DNA of 32,000 nt from Candidatus Saccharimonadota bacterium (GCA_022843095.1 JALHOH010000001.1:180001-212000); one strand, 5' to 3'; counted from the stretch's first letter, positions 1 to 9,595 are shown. Notes: generated by a model not told the origin, from the sequence alone. Translations and numbers: made by a program.

Positions 1-675
1 TTGCGCTCCCTCTTTCTGGGGGAACGCATGACCGGGGTCACGTCTTCCGAGCAACTTCGGAATTACGGACTGCCGTACGTCATCCCAATCCCGCTCACGT
101 ACGATCTGCCCCGCGACGAAGCAGGGCAAAAGGACGTCCGCGCGTGGAGCATCAGCATCGCGGATCTCCGCCGGGCGCTCGAGCGTCCGGGGCAGTTCAT
201 CTGCCCCACAAAGGACGCGTACTACGCCCGCCGCGATCGCGGAGGACGCGATTTCGTCCTCGCGCTCTCGTCGAAGGATGGCGAGCGACTGGTGGCCTTC
301 GGCCGCGAGCCCCGACTGGGTGATGCACGGTTCGCTGCCGAGCGCTACAACCGCGAAGTTTCGCTCGAGGACCTGGAAAAGAACGAAACGGTGCACCTAC
401 TGGAGCCTGGAACGCTCTTTCTCCTGGACGAGGCGTTCCTTTCGCGTCTACTCGCGCTCATCTCCTTCTACGAACGGTTCATCGCACCGTTCGAGGAGGG
501 GCTTCTGGGGGTCGCAAAGATCCCGCGGAAGGGGCCGGCACCACGCGCACCCAAAGAAGGCGCGCCCTCCAACCAGCATCACGACCGGCGGACCGGACGT
601 GGGTCGATTGGGGAACAACTGAAACGAAAACTCGACCGCGATCGTGACCAGCAGCGGAGCGGATCTGACGGCTGA
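1..675 (+). CDS. hypothetical protein, C-terminal part (ORF open to the left window edge)
   Basis: Frame +1 is open from position 1 to TGA 673-675. The composition is protein-like (LPYVIPIPLTYDLPRDE, FLLDEAFLSRLLALISFYERF), unlike the Arg-rich shadow ORFs in other frames. No family recognised. The TTG at 1 is probably not the real start. Confidence 0.5.
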   Translation: MRSLFLGERMTGVTSSEQLRNYGLPYVIPIPLTYDLPRDEAGQKDVRAWSISIADLRRALERPGQFICPTKDAYYARRDRGGRDFVLALSSKDGERLVAFGREPRLGDARFAAERYNREVSLEDLEKNETVHLLEPGTLFLLDEAFLSRLLALISFYERFIAPFEEGLLGVAKIPRKGPAPRAPKEGAPSNQHHDRRTGRGSIGEQLKRKLDRDRDQQRSGSDG

Positions 676-814
676 GCTCGCGAAGCTCGGGGTCAAGATC
701 GGCGCCCTCGCCCTCACGGCAGGCGCAGTGTACGGACTCGGCTGGAAAGCAGGCGTCGTGATTGGCGTAATCCTTGCGCTGATCTTGGATGACTTCTTCC
801 ACTTTCTGCGGTAG
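644..814 (+). CDS. possible small hydrophobic protein (56 aa, GTG start, two predicted TM segments)
   Basis: My own frame +2 translation: (M)TSSGADLTAELAKLGVKIGALALTAGAVYGLGWKAGVVIGVILALILDDFFHFLR, stop TAG 812-814. It is below the ORF-track length cutoff. It overlaps the end of the upstream ORF and is followed at once by a strong terminator. No clear SD, and the start codon is uncertain. Confidence 0.35.
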   Translation: MTSSGADLTAELAKLGVKIGALALTAGAVYGLGWKAGVVIGVILALILDDFFHFLR

Positions 815-818
815 ACGC

Positions 819-851
819 AAGACCCACCAACTCCTTGGTGGGTCTTTTTAT
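819..851 (+). terminator. rho-independent terminator
   Basis: Stem AAGACCCACCAA (819-830), loop CTCC, stem TTGGTGGGTCTT (835-846), then a T-run. Confidence 0.7.
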
Positions 852-1030
852 TCCCTTGACGCAACCTGTTTTGTCTTCTACGGTTCCAGTGTCCCCTTCG
901 TTCTGCGAAGCGTCATACGCACCTGTCGTCCGATCGTACACGAACCGATGCCGATGCTCTCGGCGTCGTCTCTCTCCTCTCGTGCATGGTCAGGCGATCG
1001 CGTGATGCCTCTTTGCAGAGCCAAGGGGAT

Positions 1031-1729
1031 TTATTGTTGCGTAGAAGTCACGACCGACTCCCGATCAAACCGGATGCGCCGCGTCACCACCGTTTCTTCA
1101 CTGTGACGACGTTTCGCGGACACATAAATCGTGGTGATCCCACGAGGAATGCTCAATTCTTCGGAAAATGTTCCGTCTTGTTGCACCACCGCCTTTTTTC
1201 CATTCACAAACACATGTGCTTCGGGCCAGGTTTTACCAGTCACGCGCAACAAAGGCTGCTCGACCTGCGTCCCATCAGCCGGGGTAAACACCTCAAGGGA
1301 CGGCGGCTCTGTAATCGTGCGCACCTGAAAATACACATACCCGCCAAGCAATCCCACAAATCCCAAAAAAAGCGCGAGCGTAAGTACGCGTGGGGTGACC
1401 ATAAAATCCCGCGTGGTGAGCGCTGGTGTGGTCGGTAGTGGATCGGCGTGGGCACACGGCACCTGACCGCGACAGGATTCCCGGAATTTTTGCAGCACAA
1501 ACCCGGATTTTCCTCCAAGATGCGACAAATATCCACGGAGCATCCGCTCGAGTGCGACGGGATCATCAAATTGCTGCCAGGCGTCTTCTTCCCACGCGCG
1601 CAACGTGGATTCGGCGATTTTCGTCACACGCGATGCCTCTGCACGCGTCCATCCGATGCGCTCACGGAGCTCGACCAAATCATGACCGATCCCGTCCACG
1701 CGATGCACCTGTTTTTGCGTGAACGACAT
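1031..1729 (-). CDS. HTH-domain membrane protein (RodZ-like architecture: N-terminal HTH, one TM, extracytoplasmic beta-rich domain)
   Basis: 232-aa ORF. N-terminus GHDLVELRERIGWTRAEASRVTKIAESTLRAWEE resembles an XRE/RodZ-type HTH. Hydrophobic segment VLTLALFLGFVGLLGGYVYF. Starts 5 nt after the ftsK stop on the same strand. Confidence 0.6.
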   Translation of the reverse strand: MSFTQKQVHRVDGIGHDLVELRERIGWTRAEASRVTKIAESTLRAWEEDAWQQFDDPVALERMLRGYLSHLGGKSGFVLQKFRESCRGQVPCAHADPLPTTPALTTRDFMVTPRVLTLALFLGFVGLLGGYVYFQVRTITEPPSLEVFTPADGTQVEQPLLRVTGKTWPEAHVFVNGKKAVVQQDGTFSEELSIPRGITTIYVSAKRRHSEETVVTRRIRFDRESVVTSTQQ

Positions 1730-1734
1730 ACGTC

Positions 1735-4080
1735 CTAAAATTTCTGTTCTTCCTCTTCCCCTTCAACCAGCTCTTCCTCCCCCTCTTCCTGCTCATCCGC
1801 CTCTTCGTCTTCCTCCTCTTCCTCCGGTGCAACATCAAGAGGTGGAAGTGTCACCACGTTCTTGGGTGTCGGCGCCGCCGGAATCTCCGCTTGTCGAGTA
1901 AATTCCGCCTTCAAGATTTCACGCGGCTTCGCCCCATCTGCCGGCCCAATAAATCCCTGCTGCTCCAACAAATCCAGAAGACGCGCGGCACGGGCGTACC
2001 CCACCTTCAAACGCCGTTGCAACAACGATGCGGAAGCTTTTCCTGCGCGGGTAATTTCTTCCTTCGCGTGCGGGATTAACGGATCAGAATCCTCTGCATC
2101 TCCCCCATCCTGAGACCAAACCGTCGCCGTTCCATCCCCGCGCTCCACGACACTCGCATCATAATCCGCGGGTTCGTATTTTTGCTTGATGTAATCCACG
2201 ACGCGATGGATTTCGGTTTCCGAGACAAACGCCCCTTGGATACGTTTCGGGACGCTGACTTCCGCGGTGCTAAACAACATGTCTCCACGACCCAGCAATT
2301 TTTCTGCCCCTTGCTGGTCCAAAATAGTGCGAGAATCCGTCGCCGACGCCACAGCAAAGGCGATGCGCGCCGGAATGTTCGCCTTAATCAACCCCGTGAT
2401 GACGTCGACCGATGGACGCTGGGTCGCAAGTACCAAGTGAATCCCGACCGCGCGCGCCATCTGTGCCAAACGGACAATCGGTCCTTCAACTTCTTGCGCG
2501 GACGTCGCCATCAAGTCCGCCAATTCATCGATGATAATCACCAGATACGGCATCTTCTCCTGAGAACGCGCGTTGTAACCAGCCAAATCACGCGTCCCAA
2601 ACTTAGAAAGCAAATCGTAGCGGCGATCCATTTCGCGCAACGCCCATTTGAGCGCATTCACCGTTTGGTCGGTTTTGGTGATCACCGGCGTAATGAGATG
2701 CGGAATCCCGTTATACACCTGCAACTCCACACGTTTCGGGTCCACCATGATGAACTTCACGTCGTCCGGCCCAGCCGTATACAGAAACGACATGATGAGC
2801 ACGTTCAACATGACGGATTTTCCAGAACCCGTCGCCCCGGCAACCAGCATGTGCGGCATGCGACCAAGGTCCGCCACCCAGGGCTTCCCAGCCACATCCT
2901 TCCCAAGCACAAACGTGATGGGCGTTTTTCGTTCACGGAACTCTTTTGCCTCTAAAATCTCGCGCACTCCGACCGTCGCAACCGATTGATTCGGCACCTC
3001 AATCCCCACCAATGGCTTGCCGGGAATGGGGGCCTCAATACGAATCGGATGGGCGGCCAACGCTAGCGCGAGGTCGTTATGCAGACCGGTAATACGCGAC
3101 AGCTTAATCCCATCACTCGGTTTCAACGTAAACTGGGTAACCGTCGGACCGACCGCGACTTCACCCATTTCTACCGGAATTCCAAATGTCTCGAGGGTAC
3201 GATGAATCACCTGCTTATTGTGTCCGATGTCCCCAGAAGACGGTTTTGAATCTCGCCGATCCAATAAATCCAACGGAATATCGATGCGTGGATATTTCTT
3301 TTTCGGTTTTGGCGGAGGGGGTGCCGGCGCTTCCTCTACCTCCTCTTCCTCCTCGCCCTCTTCCTCCATCTCTGCCCCCTCTTCTTCTACCTCCTCATCC
3401 AAAGCGGACTCCTCTTCCGACTCTTCCTCCTCGTCTACTTCCTGAACGCGAGACTCTGGACGCGCCTCGCGTGACGATTCAGCTACAAGTGCCGCCTGAC
3501 GCCGACGCTCCATCCATGCACGAAACGGGGCCGTCAACGCGCGAAACGCCCCTTCTACTGCAGGAGGAACCCATCGGAATACGTACAAGAGCTGCTGCAG
3601 CGTCAAATTAAAAACCAAAAGCAACGAAATAATCACGAAGGCACTCAGCAACGTGATCGATCCAAAAAACCCAATCATTGCAAGCAGCGGGTTTGCGATC
3701 ACTGCGCCCAATTTTCCTCCGGCTTCCCGAAGCGCAAAATCATTCACCGCTCCGGCATCCGGGAAAGTCACCGCATGGATGAATGGATTCAAGGAAATGT
3801 ACAGGAGGATGATCCCGATGGTGTTCGTCAAACGAATCGGAAACCGTTGCGGCGCCAACACGTGATACGCCCAGGCCATGAGAAAGAATGGGAGGAAAAA
3901 TCGATCCCATCCAAACACATGCGCAAGCCCCTGATCCAGCATGCGACCCAATGCTCCGGCAAGCTCCATGCGCGCGAGCAGAATCAACACGGCAAACGCG
4001 AAAAGCACGACAACGGCGATGCCGCGCTTTGTCTCTGAATCAAGCGAGAGATCCAGGGAACGCTTGCGTCGTGGGGACAT
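1735..4080 (-). CDS. ftsK: DNA translocase FtsK/SpoIIIE
   Basis: 781 aa. N-terminal TM segments, Walker A GATGSGKS, Walker B LVIIIDELADL, and a gamma winged-helix region SASLLQRRLKVGYARAARLLDLLEQQGFIGP. Glu-rich linker and Glu-rich C-terminal tail. Confidence 0.93.
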   Translation of the reverse strand: MSPRRKRSLDLSLDSETKRGIAVVVLFAFAVLILLARMELAGALGRMLDQGLAHVFGWDRFFLPFFLMAWAYHVLAPQRFPIRLTNTIGIILLYISLNPFIHAVTFPDAGAVNDFALREAGGKLGAVIANPLLAMIGFFGSITLLSAFVIISLLLVFNLTLQQLLYVFRWVPPAVEGAFRALTAPFRAWMERRRQAALVAESSREARPESRVQEVDEEEESEEESALDEEVEEEGAEMEEEGEEEEEVEEAPAPPPPKPKKKYPRIDIPLDLLDRRDSKPSSGDIGHNKQVIHRTLETFGIPVEMGEVAVGPTVTQFTLKPSDGIKLSRITGLHNDLALALAAHPIRIEAPIPGKPLVGIEVPNQSVATVGVREILEAKEFRERKTPITFVLGKDVAGKPWVADLGRMPHMLVAGATGSGKSVMLNVLIMSFLYTAGPDDVKFIMVDPKRVELQVYNGIPHLITPVITKTDQTVNALKWALREMDRRYDLLSKFGTRDLAGYNARSQEKMPYLVIIIDELADLMATSAQEVEGPIVRLAQMARAVGIHLVLATQRPSVDVITGLIKANIPARIAFAVASATDSRTILDQQGAEKLLGRGDMLFSTAEVSVPKRIQGAFVSETEIHRVVDYIKQKYEPADYDASVVERGDGTATVWSQDGGDAEDSDPLIPHAKEEITRAGKASASLLQRRLKVGYARAARLLDLLEQQGFIGPADGAKPREILKAEFTRQAEIPAAPTPKNVVTLPPLDVAPEEEEEDEEADEQEEGEEELVEGEEEEQKF

Positions 4081-4110
4081 GCGTGGTGAACACGGGTAGT
4101 GTACCGCACC

Positions 4111-5217
4111 TTACGACTCTTCGGAAACGGTGGCTACCGCAAGATCCATCGATTCTGCGTCTTCCCCGCCGGATGGAACCTGAGATTGCCCCTCATTTCC
4201 AACACCTTCACGCTTTTGCCACGCCTCTAAGCAACGTTCACGAATTTCCTTCAGCGACTGTGGACGCTCTTTCAATGCTGCTTTCGCATTTTCACGACCA
4301 ACTCCTAGTTTATCCTGTCCAAAACTATATGAGTTTCCGGATTTTTGTACGACTCCAAGTTCAACGCCCGTATCCAGCAAATCACCTGCAACAGAAATTC
4401 CTTCGTTATACATGATATCAAACTCTGCAACACGAAATGGTGCAGCTACTTTATTTTTCACGACTTTAGATTTTACTCGGTTACCAATAATTTTTTCGCC
4501 GAGTTTGATTTGCGCTGAACGACGGACTTCGATGCGCAACGAGGAATAAAACTTGAGGGCGTTCCCACCGGTCGTGGTTTCCGGGTTTCCAAACATCACC
4601 CCAATTTTCATGCGGATTTGGTTGATAAATACAACCACGGTCTTTGACCGATTCACGATCCCCGTGAGTTTACGCAATGCCTGCGACATCAAACGTGCTT
4701 GCAACCCGACAAACTGATCGCCCATTTCGCCCTCAATTTCCGCTTTCGGCGTCAGTGCCGCGACAGAGTCCACAACGATCACATCCACCGCGTTCGAACG
4801 CACCAGCGTATCGACGATATCAAGGGCCTGTTCTCCCGTATCTGGCTGAGAGATAAGCATGTCATCGACATTCACGCCGATTTTTCGGGCGTATTCTGGA
4901 TCCAAGGCGTGCTCTGCATCCACAAACGCAACCACCCCTCCTGCACGCTGCGCTTCTGTAATGATGTGTAGTGCAAGTGTTGTTTTTCCAGAGGATTCCA
5001 ATCCGTAAATTTCGATAATACGACCACGCGGAACACCAAAGACGCCAAGCGCGAGATCAAGCGACAAGCATCCCGTTGGTATCACTTCCACCTGCATTTT
5101 ACGCGCCTCTCCCAAACGCATGATCGATCCTTCCCCAAACTTTTCTTTGATTTGTTCGATGGCGCTTTGAACGGCAATTCGGCGTCCATCGCGTTCATCC
5201 GTCATTTTCTTGGCCAT
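4111..5217 (-). CDS. recA: recombinase RecA
   Basis: 368 aa. [19 protein letters not shown]-loop [22 protein letters not shown] and [15 protein letters not shown] are all classical RecA blocks. Confidence 0.97.
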   Translation of the reverse strand: MAKKMTDERDGRRIAVQSAIEQIKEKFGEGSIMRLGEARKMQVEVIPTGCLSLDLALGVFGVPRGRIIEIYGLESSGKTTLALHIITEAQRAGGVVAFVDAEHALDPEYARKIGVNVDDMLISQPDTGEQALDIVDTLVRSNAVDVIVVDSVAALTPKAEIEGEMGDQFVGLQARLMSQALRKLTGIVNRSKTVVVFINQIRMKIGVMFGNPETTTGGNALKFYSSLRIEVRRSAQIKLGEKIIGNRVKSKVVKNKVAAPFRVAEFDIMYNEGISVAGDLLDTGVELGVVQKSGNSYSFGQDKLGVGRENAKAALKERPQSLKEIRERCLEAWQKREGVGNEGQSQVPSGGEDAESMDLAVATVSEES

Positions 5218-5232
5218 AGGAAAAAGATAAGT

Positions 5233-5247
5233 GTTCTAATTCTGTTC
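5233..5247. promoter_or_regulatory. candidate SOS/LexA-type operator (GTTC-N7-GTTC direct repeat) upstream of recA
   Basis: GTTCtaattctGTTC at 5233-5247, 16 nt upstream of the recA ATG (5217). It lies within a tandem TGTTCTAATTC / TGTTCTATTCG duplication. The pattern matches the direct-repeat SOS box known from Alphaproteobacteria. Confidence 0.3.
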
Positions 5248-5342
5248 TATTCGCACTGTAACACGGGATCGCCGCGCACGGGAGTCAGCGTCAAGATATC
5301 CCTGTGGAGAAACGGCCCTCACCGTACGTGAAGGCCGTAATG

Positions 5343-6566
5343 TTATTCCGGACAGAGTCCTCGCGACGCGCGATCGAGGGGGATAGCAAACTTTGTCCCA
5401 ACCCCCCAGGGATCTCGGCACGTCTGCACCTGATCCACGATGTCTTCGCCATCCTGAAGGATGGAATTGATCCCGCCCATCCGCGCCGTCCGACCGGGCG
5501 GATCAAACGAGGGATACACGGAATCGCACCGCGCGCTCACCATCAAATACCCCCGCCACGTCCAAGGAAACCGAAGCATGAGCGGCTGATCCGCGGCAGA
5601 CGCGATTGTCCGTCCATTTGGGTCCCAAGTCAGCATCTGAAGCCGACCGGGACAGAGCGCTCGAAGCGTGGCGCTCGGCGTGACCACCAATTCACGCATC
5701 ATTGGAGACATTCCCGCATCCGCCGTCATGGGTGGTGTAATCGGCGGAGGAGGCATCATCGGAAGCGATGCATCCGGCATCGGCGTGACCGCGGGCGACG
5801 GCATCGCGTCAGATGCAGCGCTCGCATCCATTATCGTGGGAGACGCGTCGTGCACACACGGAGGGGCGGATGACTCCCCCTCCAACTGCATCCGAACTTC
5901 CGACAGGAAGGTCGCCGGATCCGCAAACGATCGTCGCACAGATGGTGAACGATCATACCCACGAAACCACGCGCTCGGATCTTCCCGCTGTGCATCCGCC
6001 ATCGACTGCAGACGGATGCCAACATGCAGATGCTCTGCTCCATCTCCATTCAACGCGTCACGCTCGACATATCCAAGCGGACGATCCATACGCACCTGCT
6101 GACCCACCGCGAGACCCGTTCCAGAACCGGAACGCCCTTCGGTCTGACGCAGATGTCCATAAATGGAGAGAAACCGGGTGATCGTCACCCGCTCTCCTAC
6201 TCCATTCGTCACCTGCACCGAATGTGGAAGCAGGTGCTCGACGACCGCAACGAGCGTCCCATACCCTTGCGCCGCTCGATACACACGAAGGATCCCACAC
6301 CCGATCGGATACACGGGCGTTCCTTCTGCGAGTCGCACATCTCGTCCAAGATGGTTCCCGTCTGCCAAGAAACCACGACGCGCGTAGAGCTCCGCAAACA
6401 GGACCTCTTCGACAGGGGGTCGAAGAGTACCCGCGGTACAGGTGGCGACGACCGGAACCTCCGACGTCCCATCCACCTCGCCCTCGGCACAGGCCTGAAG
6501 CAAGAGAGAAAGAAACACTAACCCAACACACAGAGATCGAACCCACAAGGCACGAACCGTTTTCAT
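5343..6566 (-). CDS. secreted M23/LytM-family metallopeptidase with C-terminal extra domain
   Basis: 407 aa. Signal or lipoprotein-like N-terminus MKTVRALWVRSLCVGLVFLSLLLQAC. M23 motifs HLGRD (HxxxD), SIYGHL and GDGAEHLHVGIR (HxH). Pro/Met-rich linker, then about 170 aa unassigned. SD GGGAGG 6 nt before the ATG. Confidence 0.8.
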   Translation of the reverse strand: MKTVRALWVRSLCVGLVFLSLLLQACAEGEVDGTSEVPVVATCTAGTLRPPVEEVLFAELYARRGFLADGNHLGRDVRLAEGTPVYPIGCGILRVYRAAQGYGTLVAVVEHLLPHSVQVTNGVGERVTITRFLSIYGHLRQTEGRSGSGTGLAVGQQVRMDRPLGYVERDALNGDGAEHLHVGIRLQSMADAQREDPSAWFRGYDRSPSVRRSFADPATFLSEVRMQLEGESSAPPCVHDASPTIMDASAASDAMPSPAVTPMPDASLPMMPPPPITPPMTADAGMSPMMRELVVTPSATLRALCPGRLQMLTWDPNGRTIASAADQPLMLRFPWTWRGYLMVSARCDSVYPSFDPPGRTARMGGINSILQDGEDIVDQVQTCRDPWGVGTKFAIPLDRASRGLCPE

Positions 6567-7020
6567 GCTGTCCTCCCTTTGCAGAGGACGAGTGTTGATC
6601 GAACACCCGCCCTGTCCCGACAGGAGATCTACCCATCGGGAAAGGGCGCAGGTGTTCCTGCTCCCATGTCGATTCGGTATCGGAGAGGGATATTCCCAGC
6701 GCCGATGCGCCTGCCGTGCCGAGCATCTCGTGCATCAGACAACGCGCGTCTTCACTCCACCGTCTGTTACAAACGATCCCGCCAAAATCGCCAAAGCCAT
6801 TTTGGGGAACGCGTCTCGAGCCGTTTCACTCGAGAACGTTCCATGCCGCTCCGCTCGTCTGTGAACATGCACCGATCGAACACCTTTCAAGCGTACGCGA
6901 GACTTCTTTTCGACGCCTAAAAACCTGTTTTGTTTTTCCAACAGACCGATGATGGATCAAAAAAACTCTTCGATTTACGCAGTGACCGACGTTTCAATTA
7001 TGTCCTTTTGTTGCAAACGT

Positions 7021-8253
7021 TCATTGCGTTTGAACACGCTCTGACCCGTGCATGTGGATAATCTGTCCTGAACGAATGCGAAAGACAGACCCTATAAGCA
7101 GGACATAACACGCGATCACCCACTGCCACGAAAACGAAATGTCTTGGAACACGCCAAATCCAATCCAGCTGGGAATAGCACTGATCAAACGCAACCCTTC
7201 TGCCCAATGCTCCGCGAACGCCGCAGTCCACGGATGCGGAAACGCAAGGAACACGAGTCCTGTCATCGTCACCCCTGGAATCATGTATCCCGCAAGCACG
7301 CTGCACAGCACTCCCCACACCGACCAGGCCTGAAAGAGCCACATCGTGAGAGGCGCCGTCCACACCGCGGTCGAGAGACTTGCGGCACTCGAGGTGCGCA
7401 CTGTTTCCCCGGGAAGCCAGGTCGGCAATCGTTCCGACAGCCACGGCGTCCACGTACACAATGCGATCATGCACAAAAACGACAACTGAAAACCAATATC
7501 AAAAAACGGCGCCCACGGTTGCCACCAAGCAAGCACCGTCGCGGTAAGCAAAAGCGTCCACATGGGTCGCGCGATCCGACCCGGAAGCGGAGCGGCAAGC
7601 GTCACGATCGCCATGATTCCTGCACGCAGAATCGACGCGCCACCGCCGGCGAACAGGATAAATCCGACGATTCCCAGGGAAAGCGCCCCCAGACGCGCAC
7701 GGATCCCCATCCCCAATGCATGCAACACAAACGACGCCATCAAAACAAGCCACGCCACATTCGCTCCAGAAACGGCGATGACATGCAGTAACCCCGCATC
7801 ACGAAACGCGCGACGCGTAGAAGATGTCATCCCACGTTCCCCATACAACACTCCGGCCACCAAGATTCCGTCATCTCCGGGTATCGCATGTGTGATGCGC
7901 GATGTGAGTCGTTCACGCCGCTCCTGGATCCACGTCGGTGCGTCAGCCGACGTCATCGTTCGTGCGACCACGAGTGGCGCGTTCGGATCAAAAAGCCGGA
8001 CCGGTGGAAGCAGAGCCGACACCTGTCCAAAACGCCATGCGCCCGCCACGAGTCCAATGAATCCAAACAACCATCTTCGAGAAGGCGCATTTGCTTTCAT
8101 CGTGGCAGCCAAAACCCCGGCAGCAAGACCAACGAGGAGCACCCACTCAGGTACACGCGCAGGCAAGAGCCATGCCGCACACCCCATCCCAAACACAATC
8201 CCAAGGCAGAGCCACGCCATCCAAGATCGATCGTCGATCACACGCTCGCGCAT
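7021..8253 (-). CDS. comEC: ComEC/Rec2-family DNA internalisation channel protein (short form)
   Basis: Polytopic membrane protein with the ComEC signature FRDAGLLHVIAVSGANVAWL. The track ORF extends to 8328. The ATG at 8253 lies 1 nt after the upstream gene's stop (TAA 8257-8255) and avoids a 74-nt overlap, so it is preferred. Confidence 0.85.
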   Translation of the reverse strand: MRERVIDDRSWMAWLCLGIVFGMGCAAWLLPARVPEWVLLVGLAAGVLAATMKANAPSRRWLFGFIGLVAGAWRFGQVSALLPPVRLFDPNAPLVVARTMTSADAPTWIQERRERLTSRITHAIPGDDGILVAGVLYGERGMTSSTRRAFRDAGLLHVIAVSGANVAWLVLMASFVLHALGMGIRARLGALSLGIVGFILFAGGGASILRAGIMAIVTLAAPLPGRIARPMWTLLLTATVLAWWQPWAPFFDIGFQLSFLCMIALCTWTPWLSERLPTWLPGETVRTSSAASLSTAVWTAPLTMWLFQAWSVWGVLCSVLAGYMIPGVTMTGLVFLAFPHPWTAAFAEHWAEGLRLISAIPSWIGFGVFQDISFSWQWVIACYVLLIGSVFRIRSGQIIHMHGSERVQTQ

Positions 8254-8254
8254 G

Positions 8255-9538
8255 TTACGGCCGTCCGACCGACCAGTACCGGAATCCGGCCGCGCGCGCC
8301 GTTTGCGGATCAAACAGGTTGCGCGCATCGATCAACACATCGCCCCGCATCGTCCGCTTCATCTCCGCCAAATCAAGCTGACGAAACTCATCCCATTCCG
8401 TCGCAACCACCACCGCATCCACCCCAGAGATACAAGCAAAGGGACTGTCCACGCGCGTAAAACAGGTCGCCGTTGTCGCATCATGCAAAACCGCGCGGGC
8501 GTCATACGCACAAACCGATGCCCCTGCCTCGGCACAGGCCGACGCAATCGCAATCGCTCCAGAGGCACGCGTATCATCTGTCCCGCCCTTGAAGGCAAGT
8601 CCGAGTAATCCGATGGTTTTCCCACTCAGCGATCCAAGCTCGTTCATCAACGCATCCATCACATGCGTCCGCATGGAGGTGTTCGCGTGGACGGCCGCAT
8701 CGGCAATACGAGATGGAACGCCCGCGGCGCGTGCCATCACCTGATACGCGGAGACGTCTTTTGGAAAACAGGAACCGCCCCACCCAAGTCCGGCGTGTAA
8801 AAACGCGCGTCCGATCCGCGGGTCAGAACCGATCCCGTCGGCCACGTCCTCAATGTTTGCCCCCACGGCACGCGCGAGTTGCGCCACTTCATTGATGAAA
8901 CTGATCTTTACCGCCAAGAAGGTGTTGTTTGCGTACTTGGTCAGCTCCGCCGATTCCGGAGACATGACAATTTTTGGACAATCCCAGGCGGCATACAATT
9001 GCTCGAGCATCGCGGCCGTGTGCGCATCACGAACCCCAAAAATAATCCGGCTAGGCGTAAAAAAATCCTCGACCGCACGACTTTCGCGCAACATCTCTGG
9101 GTTCGAGGCCACGGTGTGTGCGTGTGCCGCGTGTGCAAGACGCGCTTCAATCTGTTTTGCCGTTCCAACCGGAACGGTGCTTTTGGTCACAAAAACACAG
9201 GGACGATCCGCATGCGCGATCGCTGCATCCACTGCGGCAAACACATAGCGCAGGTCCGCGGATCCATCCGGCGCAGACGGTGTTCCGACCGCGAGCAACA
9301 CAAGCACCGATCCAGGAATCGCCTCTGCGTATGAAGTCGTGAATCGCAAACGACCAGCCTCTTTTGCACGCGCGATGACCTCACCCAATCCAGGTTCATG
9401 GATCGGAACCTCCCCGCGAAGCAACCGCGCAATTTTCTCCGCATCCACATCAAGACACACAACCTCGTGTCCACGGTCTGCGAGACAGGCACCGCTTACA
9501 AGTCCGACATACCCCGTCCCGATCACGGTGATGCGCAT
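8255..9538 (-). CDS. UDP-glucose 6-dehydrogenase (nucleotide-sugar dehydrogenase family)
   Basis: 427 aa. N-terminal Rossmann motif MRITVIGTGYVGLVSGACLA, catalytic-Cys block GWGGSCFPKDV, C-terminal UDP-binding domain. Confidence 0.9.
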   Translation of the reverse strand: MRITVIGTGYVGLVSGACLADRGHEVVCLDVDAEKIARLLRGEVPIHEPGLGEVIARAKEAGRLRFTTSYAEAIPGSVLVLLAVGTPSAPDGSADLRYVFAAVDAAIAHADRPCVFVTKSTVPVGTAKQIEARLAHAAHAHTVASNPEMLRESRAVEDFFTPSRIIFGVRDAHTAAMLEQLYAAWDCPKIVMSPESAELTKYANNTFLAVKISFINEVAQLARAVGANIEDVADGIGSDPRIGRAFLHAGLGWGGSCFPKDVSAYQVMARAAGVPSRIADAAVHANTSMRTHVMDALMNELGSLSGKTIGLLGLAFKGGTDDTRASGAIAIASACAEAGASVCAYDARAVLHDATTATCFTRVDSPFACISGVDAVVVATEWDEFRQLDLAEMKRTMRGDVLIDARNLFDPQTARAAGFRYWSVGRP

Positions 9539-9595
9539 AGCTCAATGTCCGACAGATTACACGCCGTGTTTTCATTCAAACAAGACCCGGCCTCA

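Noticed and set aside
6567-6760. A c-di-AMP (ydaO-type) riboswitch upstream of the cell-wall peptidase.
   Set aside because: Reading the minus strand, I could not find the conserved ACCCA / GGGGUGAAUCC / AGCUAACC-type blocks. A covariance-model search is needed for a real answer.
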